Shown piece after piece: positions 53,957-62,581 of a DNA stretch of 64,000 nucleotides (positions are counted from its first letter, which is position 1; the number at the start of each line of letters is the position of its first letter). The stretch comes from Terriglobales bacterium (lineage in GTDB: Bacteria; Acidobacteriota; Terriglobia; Terriglobales; Acidobacteriaceae). The stretch is from contig DATHQD010000035.1 of assembly GCA_035483045.1 (NCBI GenBank), forward strand, positions 35,921-99,920. Direction: 5' to 3'. Made by a program: the position numbers and the translations under genes. The notes under the pieces were generated by a model that worked only from the letters and a program-made list of their open reading frames with translations, did not search any database and had not been told where the DNA came from.

Positions 53957-54769
53957 ATGACAACAAAAGGAAAAGTCCTGGTGCTAGTCTCGAGCGGTCG
54001 CGGGTTGCCCTTGAAAGATGGCAAGGTTTATAAGGGCGCTGGCTACTATCTCAACGAGCTGACGGTTCCGGTCCGCGCCCTCATGCAGGAGGGCTACGAA
54101 ATCACTTTCGCCAACCCCAAAGGCAACGCGCCCCAAGTGGATGTGCATTCAGAGGTCGCCGATTTCTTCGGCGGGGACGCGGCCAGGCTCCAGGACTATA
54201 TGCTATTCCGCGACGGCCTAGCTGGGCTCAGAGATCCAAAGCGCATCGCGGATGTCGTCGCATCGGGCCTGGATCAATATGACGCTGTTTTCGTCCCCGG
54301 CGGCCACGGGCCGATGATGGATCTTCTCGATGATCCCGACGCTGGTACTGTGATGAGACACTTTCATAAAACATCCAAGCCTACGGCAGTGCTCTGCCAT
54401 GGCCCGATTTCACTACTGTCGGCTCTTCCGAATTCGACGGAGGTGGTCGCCGCGCTGGCGGCGGGCGATGCCGCTGGAGCGCGGGCAAAGGCTAAGGGTT
54501 GGATCTACGCTGGATATAAGATGACTATCTTTTCGACGGCGGAAGAGCAGCAGCGGGAACCGCTTGAGATAGGTGGCAAGGTGCTGTTTTATCCGGACTT
54601 CGCCTTGCGTACGGCGGGCGGTGAAGTAAGTGTGCTCGCTCCATGGACGAGCTACGCCCTGCAAGATCGCGAGTTGATCTCGGGTCAGAACCCGTTCTCT
54701 GATCAAGCGCTTCTGAAACTTCTTCTACCGGCACTCAATCGGAGGAAGGAGTCGGTTTCAGCGGCATAA
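53957..54769 (+). CDS. DJ-1/PfpI (class I glutamine amidotransferase-like) family protein
   Basis: YDAVFVPGGHGPMMDL..PTAVLCHGPISLL (nucleophile-elbow Cys). AAGGAGAAG precedes the ATG. Confidence 0.8.
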   Translation: MTTKGKVLVLVSSGRGLPLKDGKVYKGAGYYLNELTVPVRALMQEGYEITFANPKGNAPQVDVHSEVADFFGGDAARLQDYMLFRDGLAGLRDPKRIADVVASGLDQYDAVFVPGGHGPMMDLLDDPDAGTVMRHFHKTSKPTAVLCHGPISLLSALPNSTEVVAALAAGDAAGARAKAKGWIYAGYKMTIFSTAEEQQREPLEIGGKVLFYPDFALRTAGGEVSVLAPWTSYALQDRELISGQNPFSDQALLKLLLPALNRRKESVSAA

Positions 54770-55307
54770 GAGGACCGCGAGGAGATTTGGGGTTATTCTC
54801 GTCCCCGGATATTCTGGTTGAAAAGGCGCCGGGTGGCCCACATCTCGTGTTCGCGAAGTATCCCCACTTCTCGCAAAGGACGCGAGAAATGGGGCACCCG
54901 GCCGTGTGGAGTAATAAACAAACAGGCCCGCAAACATAGCTTGAACCCTTCGCGAGAAGCGCAGGACGGACCACCTCAACCTCAGCATACGCCAGCGAAA
55001 AACCCCACTTCTCGCAAAGGACGCGAGAAATGGGGCACCCGGCGAGAAATGGGGCACCCGGCCGTGTCGACCGGTGATGCGAATGCTTCCTGGCGCAGGG
55101 TGGAGGGTTGTCCCTGGTTGAAAAGGTGCCAGGTGGCGCACATCTACCATTCGCGAAGTATCCCCACTTCTCGCAAAGAGCGCGAGAAATGGGGCACCCG
55201 GCCTATTTATTTAAGGGCTTTTGATTTGAACTCATGATGAGTCCGATCTCGTAGCAATGTTCATCCGTCACAGACATGACCTTGCATTGATGCGTAGGAT
55301 TTTATTC

Positions 55308-55946
55308 ATGCCTTGGGGCTTGAAGCGTTATTACGGCACCGGAAGCCTCCATTTCATCACCTGGAGCTGCTATCGACGCAGCCCACTGCTAGGCAGCCCC
55401 GCGCGACGCGACCTGGTACTTACTGCCCTCGAACTGATGCGCGTTCGCTATCGCTACGCCGTGATCGGATACGTGGTCATGCCCGAACACGTACATCTAT
55501 TGATTTCCGAACCTTTGATAGGCGATCCCTCGAAGATAATTCAGGCTGTGAAGCTGAGCGTCTCCCGGCGGCTGGCCATTGCGGGCGAATTCTCTGGCCG
55601 GTTCTGGCAGAGTCGCTTCTATGATTTCAATCTGTGGGGCCACCAGAAAGAGATTGAGAAACTGAAGTACATGCATCGCAATCCGGTGGTGCGCGGACTG
55701 GTGGCAAGCCCGGAGGATTGGCGGTGGAGCAGCTACCGATCCTATGCATACGGAGAAGCAGGATTAGTTCGGATCAACGACTGGACTTGGGGGAGGAGAA
55801 AATTCGATGGAGCGCTGGCTGAGGGTTGGTTGGTGTCGGCGAAAAGCCCCACTTCTCGCAAAGGACGCGAGAAATGGGGCACCCGGCTAGTCCGGAGGAT
55901 GGCTGTAGTAGCTACCGATTCTATGCTTACGGAGAGGCGGGATTAG
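55308..55946 (+). CDS. REP-associated tyrosine transposase (RAYT; IS200/IS605 TnpA-like Y1 HUH enzyme)
   Basis: HFITWSCYRR.., HUH motif PEHVHLLIS, catalytic-Tyr motif KYMHRNPVVRGLVASPEDWRWSSY. The ORF reads through a REP-A2 copy at its 3-prime end. Confidence 0.85.
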   Translation: MPWGLKRYYGTGSLHFITWSCYRRSPLLGSPARRDLVLTALELMRVRYRYAVIGYVVMPEHVHLLISEPLIGDPSKIIQAVKLSVSRRLAIAGEFSGRFWQSRFYDFNLWGHQKEIEKLKYMHRNPVVRGLVASPEDWRWSSYRSYAYGEAGLVRINDWTWGRRKFDGALAEGWLVSAKSPTSRKGREKWGTRLVRRMAVVATDSMLTERRD

Positions 55947-56073
55947 TTCGGATCAACGACTGGACTTGGTGGGAGGAGAAAATTCGATGGAGCGCTGGCT
56001 GAGGGGTGGATGGTGTCGGCGAAAAGCCCCACTTCTCGCAAAGGACGCGAGAAATGGGGCACCCGGCTAGTCC
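55711..56073. repeat. tandem duplication (~182 bp x 2) of the RAYT 3-prime end plus REP-A2
   Basis: Copy A is 55711-55893 and copy B is 55894-56073. Both contain GATTAGTTCGGATCAACGACTGGACTTGG..GAGAAAATTCGATGGAGCGCTGGCTGAGGG..REP-A2..GGCTAGTCC. Confidence 0.9.
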
Positions 56074-56190
56074 CCGATACCTTGGTCCAATTGTTTTCTC
56101 TTCTCTTGTCGGGGTTAATCGGTGGCAGGTATGAATACGAAAGAAATAGAATCAGCGGATGAGTGCTGGTTATCGGAATTGGAGGCGGCA

Positions 56191-56637
56191 ATGAGCAGCG
56201 TACAAATCGAACAGAAGAGTTATGAGATGCCCCCGAAAGAGGGGATCAGCGTCGCGTGTTTTCTCACCGTCGCCGACCTTGAGCGATCGGCTCGCTACTA
56301 CGAAAAGGTCTTCGGCGCTCGCATTCTGACCATGGGTGACGGCAACGCGCCTCCATACCTTCAGTTGGCGAATATCTGGATGATTCTGAACGTTGGAGGC
56401 GGGCCGACTCCGGATAAGCCGACGGTAACGCTCAGCGTTCCCGACCCGAATCACATCAACAGCTTTATGAATTTCCGGGTTGCGGATATTCAAGCGTGCT
56501 ATCAATTATGGAAAAGTCGAGGGGCGGAGTTCATCACGCCACCGATACCCAAGTACGGCGAGATACGTTGCTACATCCGCGATCCTGACGGCTATATCAT
56601 CGAAGTCGGACAGAGCACTGACCTTACGTACGGTTAA
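56191..56637 (+). CDS. VOC (glyoxalase/bleomycin-resistance/dioxygenase) family protein
   Basis: FLTVADLERSARYYEKVFGA..CYIRDPDGYIIEVGQ. GGAGG lies 5 nt before ATG 56191. Longer starts at 56122 or 56131 are possible. Confidence 0.7.
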   Translation: MSSVQIEQKSYEMPPKEGISVACFLTVADLERSARYYEKVFGARILTMGDGNAPPYLQLANIWMILNVGGGPTPDKPTVTLSVPDPNHINSFMNFRVADIQACYQLWKSRGAEFITPPIPKYGEIRCYIRDPDGYIIEVGQSTDLTYG

Positions 56638-56713
56638 CGCGTTCCTCCTTTTGCGTGACGTACAAGAAAAGCCGGCCGACGCTGGGCGGCTATTCTGAAG
56701 TAAGTCTTGGCGG

Positions 56714-58297
56714 TTACTGCTGCACCACCTGAATTACTACAGGCGAGGTGCTACCGCTGAGGATCTGGTCACCGCCGTACACTGCCTTGATATGTGGAGT
56801 GCCCACGCGCAAGGTCGAGGTGGTGAAGGGCGCAGAGCCGCCACTCAATATCCCGGTTCCGAGTACGGTCGTGCCATGCTGAAAGGTCACCGTTTCTCCA
56901 TCTGGGGGCTTGGGAGTGACTACGGCGGTAAAGGTCACCGCTTGTCCGACAGTGGATGGATTCGGTGAAGAACTGATAGCGATCGTTGTCGCTCGAGCCA
57001 ATGGATTCAGTTCTAAGGCCACGCCGCAACCACCGGCGCCGGGACAGTAGCTGGATGTTCCACCACCGTAGGTGGTTCCGTAAAGATTGCCGCGGTCGAA
57101 AATCAAGGTGTCAGTCGGGTTACCGCCGTTGGTGAAATTGAAAGGCCAGAGAAGCATCCAATCGTAGCCGGAACCGTTGACCGCCAGCTCGAAGACACTG
57201 CCGCATCCGTCGTAGCACGGCGAGTCTTCCCGCGTGGGAGGCTTCAAAACACCGAATGTTGTCGTGGCGTAGATATTCCCGGAGGAGTCGAGCACGATCG
57301 CTGCTTTAGGATTGGCGCCATCGTTCCAAATGGAGGAACGAAGAATCTCCTCGGTATAGGCTCCGGCTGAAGGAGTCAACTTCCAAACCGTTCCCAGACC
57401 TTTGTTAACGCCGCCAATAACGGTGGTGCCATAGATATTTCCGGCGCTGTCGAGCACTGGAGTTCCTTCAGGATCAGCCCCGTCGTTTGGGCCGCCTGCG
57501 AAGGAGTGAAGAATGGTTGCATTCCAGCCTCCGCTTCCGTTTGGTGACAACTTGAAAACATGGCCAGCTTTCAGGTCGTCGGCGCCGTAAAGGTTGCCGG
57601 AGCCATCCATAGTTAACCCAGGATAGCCGCCGCGATCGTAGATAACCTGCTCATTCCAGCCGCCCCTGCCGTTCGGGGACAACTCGTAAACCGTTCCGGC
57701 TCCGGTGCCTCCGCCAAAAGTTGTGCCGTAGAGGTTGCCGGTCGCGTCCAAAGTGAGACCAGCGAATGGGAAAGCACCGTCGGGGGTTGACATGAAGCTG
57801 TAAAGGACGGTTTCGCACCAGCCATGGCCGCTGTTGCTGCCGCCTGGGCAACCACCGCCGGGCGCGGGGCTGAGCTCAAACACGAGGCCATATCCGGAAT
57901 AAGCGCCAAATGCGAAAGATCCGCCGTAGTAAGTGGTGCCGTAGAGATTGCCGTGGCCGTCGAAGGTGACATTGGAGTCGGGAGACGACCCGTCTGTGCA
58001 GTACAGCAGGGAACAAAAGCTGTACAAGACACTTTCGTTGTAGCCGCCGGCGCCGTTGGGAGAAAGCTCATAGACAGTGCCATACATGTTCGCGCCGCCC
58101 AGTTGGGTGGTTCCGTAGAAATTGCCTGCGCCATCGGGCGTGAGGCTCGCCACGGGGTTCTCACCGTCTACACAGTTCGGCTGGGAGCAAAAGTTGTAGA
58201 GGACGGTCTCGGGTTGAGCGTGCGCTAGTGGCAGAGCGACCAGCAGCAGGGTGGAAAATACAACTGAAAATGTAACCAACGACGGAACGCCTCGCAT
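56714..58297 (-). CDS. secreted 7-repeat (GN[LFI]YGTT...GTV[FY]EL) beta-propeller-like protein with a C-terminal Ig-like domain; resembles the 'Gloeo_Verruco/GloVer' repeat family
   Basis: Signal peptide, seven GNxYGTT/GAD/ATT units, CxxxxC and GCP..WC motifs, and a C-terminal SSSPNPSTVGQAVTFTAVV Ig-like segment. Confidence 0.65.
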   Translation of the reverse strand: MRGVPSLVTFSVVFSTLLLVALPLAHAQPETVLYNFCSQPNCVDGENPVASLTPDGAGNFYGTTQLGGANMYGTVYELSPNGAGGYNESVLYSFCSLLYCTDGSSPDSNVTFDGHGNLYGTTYYGGSFAFGAYSGYGLVFELSPAPGGGCPGGSNSGHGWCETVLYSFMSTPDGAFPFAGLTLDATGNLYGTTFGGGTGAGTVYELSPNGRGGWNEQVIYDRGGYPGLTMDGSGNLYGADDLKAGHVFKLSPNGSGGWNATILHSFAGGPNDGADPEGTPVLDSAGNIYGTTVIGGVNKGLGTVWKLTPSAGAYTEEILRSSIWNDGANPKAAIVLDSSGNIYATTTFGVLKPPTREDSPCYDGCGSVFELAVNGSGYDWMLLWPFNFTNGGNPTDTLIFDRGNLYGTTYGGGTSSYCPGAGGCGVALELNPLARATTIAISSSPNPSTVGQAVTFTAVVTPKPPDGETVTFQHGTTVLGTGILSGGSAPFTTSTLRVGTPHIKAVYGGDQILSGSTSPVVIQVVQQ

Positions 58298-58354
58298 ATC
58301 CCTCTCCTCATCTCCTGGAAAAATGTGGCGGTTGTTCTTCGTAACCTTGCGAAG

Positions 58355-59833
58355 CTACGGAGTGAACTCGAAGGCAACTCCGCAGCCTTCCTGAGACTGG
58401 CAATATTCGCCGACGCCACCGTTGGAGGTGGTTCCGTAGAGATTGCCGCCGTTCATGATCAGGCTGCTGACGGGATGAGCGCCATCCGCCAAACTGAAAA
58501 TCCAAAGGAACTCATTCACCAGGTAGTCGGTTCTGTTGAGGCGCTTTGTGAGTTCGAAGAGCGCGCCACAACCTTCCAGATTGGCCTCCGCCCCTTTTTC
58601 TATGCAGTAGGTGGAACTGCCGCCGTAGGCTGTCATGCCATAGATGTCTCCGGATGAGTCGAGCACCAGCCCGGCCCAGGGGTTGTCGGGCAGTCGGAGC
58701 GAGAAGCAGCATCCCACGATGATGGGTCCGGAATGGAAGTTAATAAGAATCTTCTCCGTGTATGCTCCATGGGAAAGAGTCATCTTCCAAACCGTGCCGC
58801 AGCCGAGGTCAGCGTCGCAATTTCCTCCGCCGCCATAAACGGTGGTGCCATAGATGTTTCCGGCGCTATCGAGCACCGGAGTGCCAGAAGGGTAGTTGCC
58901 GTCCTTAGGGTGTCCGGCGAAGGTGTGAAGGATGGCCTCGCACCAACCATTACCGGTAAAGTTGCCCGTTGGGCACCCGCCAGCGGGTTGGGGAGTCAGT
59001 CCGACCACAGTGCCAGCGCCGTAAGCGCCGCCACTTTCGGTGGTCGCGTAGAGGGTTCCATTAGCGGCTTGCACCTGCCCGCCGGGGTAGGCGCCGTCAG
59101 CGCAGTTCGGCTGAGCGCAAAAGCTGTAGAGCATAGACTCACTCCAGCCGCCACCGGCGTTCGGGGACAACTGGTAAACCGTTCCCATCCCGGCGCCTCC
59201 GGCATAAGTTGTGCCATAGAGGTTGCCGGACTCGTCCCAGGTGAGCCCGGAGAATGGAGAGGAACCCTCGGGGGATGACATGAAGCTGTGCAGAACGGTT
59301 TCGCACCAGCCATTACCGCGGTTGCTGCCGCTTGGGCAACCAGAGCCCGGCTCGGGGCTTAGTTCGAAGACGACGCCGTATCCGTTAGCACCATCGCCGC
59401 AGGCTGAGGCGACGGCTTGTCCGTTAGCGCCGCCGGAGCAGGCTGTGCCGTAGAGATTCCCGGCGCCGTCAAAGATCAGGTTAGAAGTCGGCTCATTACC
59501 ATCGGAGCAGTTCACCAGCGAACAAAAGCTGTATAAGACAGTCTCGTTGTAGCCGCCGATCCCGTTGGGAGAAAGCTCAAAGACAGTGCCGCGCATGTTA
59601 GCGCCACCCAGTTGGGTGGTCCCGTAGAAGTTGCCTGCGCTGTCCTGCGCGAGGCTAGATGACGGGTTCTCACCGTCAGCACAGTTCGGCTGAGAACAGA
59701 AGCTGTGCATCACGATTTCGGTTTGAGCGTGCGCTGGACGAGCGGCAATCAACAGCAGCACGGAAAACACGGCTAGCGTCAGGGGAACACGGATAGCAGT
59801 CACACAGAACCTCCTTTGGGAGTTTCGCCTCAA
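58355..59833 (-). CDS. secreted 7-repeat beta-propeller-like protein, tandem paralog of 56714..58297
   Basis: The N-terminal ~100 aa is near-colinear with its neighbour (FCSQPNCADGENP..GNFYGTTQLGGANM.GTV.ELSPNG.GGYNE.VLYSFCSL). It has seven repeat units. Confidence 0.65.
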   Translation of the reverse strand: MRRNSQRRFCVTAIRVPLTLAVFSVLLLIAARPAHAQTEIVMHSFCSQPNCADGENPSSSLAQDSAGNFYGTTQLGGANMRGTVFELSPNGIGGYNETVLYSFCSLVNCSDGNEPTSNLIFDGAGNLYGTACSGGANGQAVASACGDGANGYGVVFELSPEPGSGCPSGSNRGNGWCETVLHSFMSSPEGSSPFSGLTWDESGNLYGTTYAGGAGMGTVYQLSPNAGGGWSESMLYSFCAQPNCADGAYPGGQVQAANGTLYATTESGGAYGAGTVVGLTPQPAGGCPTGNFTGNGWCEAILHTFAGHPKDGNYPSGTPVLDSAGNIYGTTVYGGGGNCDADLGCGTVWKMTLSHGAYTEKILINFHSGPIIVGCCFSLRLPDNPWAGLVLDSSGDIYGMTAYGGSSTYCIEKGAEANLEGCGALFELTKRLNRTDYLVNEFLWIFSLADGAHPVSSLIMNGGNLYGTTSNGGVGEYCQSQEGCGVAFEFTP

Positions 59834-60034
59834 GGGGGGAATTACGGCTCAACGAGCGGAACCTGCTCCTTGGCGAGGCGCGGGGAATGTTATAAGAAAG
59901 ACCAGTGCCCGGTCAATACCTAACCGCACATTTCGATGTGCGCGATCGCCAATAGACACAATGCAAAGCTTTGCACAGGCCCTACATGACGGGCCTGGAT
60001 TGGCGAGAAACATGATCGAAGTCTTCTTCTACAT

Positions 60035-60712
60035 TTACATTAGAACGAGGGTAAAGTTGTCGAAGTAGTCAGGCGCATAAATTGCGTTTATGCTGCCGAA
60101 AAAGAAGACGCTGCCCAGCGCGGTCTGCTTCGCTCCTGTTGGTGCGGGCGAGCGGATGGTGACCTCTCCGGGCTGAAGGCTGTCGTTGTAGGTGATCGTG
60201 ACTGTCGCTGAGAAGTCTGAGTTCAGGCGGCCTGTCACCATTGCCTTTGCAGTATAGTCACGCTGCCCATCGGCTAGACTGGCGCACTGAGTAACTGGCC
60301 CGCTCGACGTTTGAAACTCAACACATAGCTGCCGAGATCCTGAAGATTGGTAGAGTACGACTTCAGATGTGTCGTTGTCAGGGTCAAACCCCGCACCAGC
60401 AGCATTAAACCCGATCACCCAGCCTCCGTTAGAAGGAGAAGTGGTGCTGAAGTCGAAGGAGAATCGCAGGGGAAAGGAAACGTCGAGATTGCGTTGTATC
60501 CCGCCGCCGAAGTCGACTTTGCCAAAGGTTTTGAGTTGGTCTCCGCTAATTTGTGCTCCATTGCCAAAGGTTGACCATCCCAGACCGACAGGGCCATCGG
60601 GACGGTTGAAATTGTCGGTCACTTTGAACTGAGCGGCGCACGCCGGGGCCAGCAAGGCGAGAGCTAGCAGGGTATAGAACAGGTTAGGAGATGGTAAGTG
60701 GAAGCGAGACAC
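60035..60712 (-). CDS. hypothetical secreted beta-rich protein
   Basis: Signal peptide LLALALLAPACAAQ. No family recognised. Confidence 0.5.
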   Translation of the reverse strand: MSRFHLPSPNLFYTLLALALLAPACAAQFKVTDNFNRPDGPVGLGWSTFGNGAQISGDQLKTFGKVDFGGGIQRNLDVSFPLRFSFDFSTTSPSNGGWVIGFNAAGAGFDPDNDTSEVVLYQSSGSRQLCVEFQTSSGPVTQCASLADGQRDYTAKAMVTGRLNSDFSATVTITYNDSLQPGEVTIRSPAPTGAKQTALGSVFFFGSINAIYAPDYFDNFTLVLM

Positions 60713-60876
60713 GGGCAGTCCCTCTCTTTAGCTGAGATTAGGAATCGTGAAGGAGGGTAGGTTAGAGGCGTCATGGCGAAGCGGGCAACTGTCAAGACTT
60801 ACAGTGGCTACTGGTTGTAGCCGGAGAGGACAGGACTTAGCACTATCGATTTTGCAGCTGTTTTAATGCGGGCCAA

Positions 60877-62100
60877 CTAATTTGTCGCGCCGAGGCCGTG
60901 TTTTGTGCGGCACTGCTTGCAGTAGGTAGGAGGCTCGGTGTTATCGACGTGATGGCAGACCGGCTTCAGGGTGCGGAGGTAGGCAAAGATGGCTTTCAGA
61001 TCATCATCGGTGAGGTTGCGAAAGAACGCCCAGGGCATGATGTTGGAGAGTGGGCGGGCGTTGAAGCCTCCATTGCGGATGACGTCGATAAACATGGTTT
61101 CGCTGAAATAGGAGATGCCAGAGGGATCCGGTGTGAGGTTGAGGGCGTTGACGGTTTTGAGTTTCTTTCCGCCCTCCCAGTTCCCGACCAGGGGCGCGCC
61201 GCCGCCAAGATACATTCCGGGATAGGGGTTGCCTTTTTCGTCGGTGGGCGTGTGGCAAGCGTCGCAGTGTCCTGCGTTGACCAGGTATTCGCCGTACTTT
61301 ATTCGGTCGGAACGGTCGGGTTCGGCAACATGGGCGAGCGGCGGCAAGGACTGGAATGTTTTTTTGAGTTCCTCGGTCAGGCGTGTCTTCGGACGCTTGA
61401 TGTGGACGGGTGGAACCGACCTCACATAGACGATCACGGAGGCGAGGTCTTCATCGGAGAGGTTGCGAAAGTAGGAATAGGGCATCAAGGGAAAGAGGGT
61501 GCGGCCATCGTGCCCGATCCCTTGGCGTAGGACGCGCACAAAATCAGCGTCCTTCCAGGTACCGGCGCCGAATTCGAGATCGGGTGAAATGTTTGGGGCG
61601 ACGACTCGGTTGGGCTTGGGCAAGTCGAGTTCTACGTTGGGGAAGACGAAGCCTCCGAGCTTCTTGCCGGGAGAGATTTCGAATGGACGCTTGGAAAGAT
61701 CACTTTCGGAATGGCACGCTGGGCACTGCAGCAGACCTTCTACCAGATATTGGCCGCGCGCCAGACGCTGCGGGGTGCGGGGGATTGGTTCCATGTCGAG
61801 GACTGATGCGTAGGTTGTCGCCGGCTTTGTCTCGGGCTGCGATGTGGTCGAGGATTTCATCCCAAGTAATGTCAGGGCCACGGCGGCTACTGCTATTGTT
61901 GTGCAATTTCTAAATATCAGTTGTCGATTCACTCTGGCCTTTGTTGATCGAGATTTCACTTTTCGTGACGAGACACGACGGCGGACAATTGCCGGAAGTG
62001 TCGTTTTACTTTCTGACAGTAGAACTAGCGCTTTGAAGGGACAACGAACCCAAAACGCAAAGCAGTTCCGGTGCGGCTCGCACGCAATACTTAATGTCAA
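60877..62100 (-). CDS. membrane-anchored dihaem c-type cytochrome
   Basis: Two CxxCH motifs (CPACH, CDACH) in duplicated domains (FRNLSDEDLASVIVYVRS / FRNLTDDDLKAIFAYLRT). The start codon is uncertain. Confidence 0.75.
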   Translation of the reverse strand: MTLSIACEPHRNCFAFWVRCPFKALVLLSESKTTLPAIVRRRVSSRKVKSRSTKARVNRQLIFRNCTTIAVAAVALTLLGMKSSTTSQPETKPATTYASVLDMEPIPRTPQRLARGQYLVEGLLQCPACHSESDLSKRPFEISPGKKLGGFVFPNVELDLPKPNRVVAPNISPDLEFGAGTWKDADFVRVLRQGIGHDGRTLFPLMPYSYFRNLSDEDLASVIVYVRSVPPVHIKRPKTRLTEELKKTFQSLPPLAHVAEPDRSDRIKYGEYLVNAGHCDACHTPTDEKGNPYPGMYLGGGAPLVGNWEGGKKLKTVNALNLTPDPSGISYFSETMFIDVIRNGGFNARPLSNIMPWAFFRNLTDDDLKAIFAYLRTLKPVCHHVDNTEPPTYCKQCRTKHGLGATN

Positions 62101-62251
62101 GTAATTCGCGGCATCGCGTGCCGCGCGGGGGAAGGTGAGTCATCTTACGTTAAGTCTGGTGTCACGCCAAGCACGGAATGAAGCACTTCGGCTGGGAAGG
62201 CAGATTTTTAGTGAGAATCGACAGTTGTTGCGTGGGGAGATCTTGGGTAGG

Positions 62252-62317
62252 GTAGGGGTCCTTCGACTCCGCGGAACGATTCGCTTCGCGAATCGTTCTG
62301 CTGCGCTCAGGATGACA
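62252..62317 (-). repeat. REP-C full (reverse)
   Basis: GTAGGGGTCCTTCGACTCCGCGGAACGATTCGCTTCGCGAATCGTTCTGCTGCGCTCAGGATGACA. Confidence 0.85.
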
Positions 62318-62356
62318 GCGTCGGTGGTGTGCTGATGACAGCGTCGGTGCTGTGCT
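62311..62356. repeat. 23-bp tandem duplication at the REP-C terminus
   Basis: GATGACAGCGTCGGTGGTGTGCT then GATGACAGCGTCGGTGCTGTGCT, followed by GATGACC. Confidence 0.8.
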
Positions 62357-62488
62357 GATGACCATCGTGGATGGGTTGCTGACCGGTGGGCGATGGGTGT
62401 GGTAGCATCGGGAGTTTCGCAGGTGGGGTGGGGGTGGGCTTTGGCCTGTTCTCATTGATTTGCGTCCGGTTGAGGCGGGAGGAAAGCA

Positions 62489-62514
62489 GGTCCTTCGCTC
62501 CGCTCAGGATGACA
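62489..62514 (-). repeat. REP-C short form (reverse)
   Basis: GGTCCTTCGCTCCGCTCAGGATGACA. Confidence 0.7.
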
Positions 62515-62581
62515 AATTTTAATTAAGATATTCTGCGCTCTCGCCCTTCCTGTGTTTGCCTGCGGAAGGAGAAAACAATCC

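Larger units (their letters stand above)
54814..56073 (+). mobile_element. REPtron-like locus: RAYT gene embedded among five REP-A2 hairpins
   Basis: REP-A2 (CCCCACTTCTCGCAAAGGACGCGAGAAATGGGGCACCC) lies at 54862-54899, 55003-55040, 55162-55199, 55847-55884 and 56027-56064, with a partial copy at 55041-55061. Extended ~90-bp units lie at 54814-54903 and 55114-55203. Confidence 0.75.
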
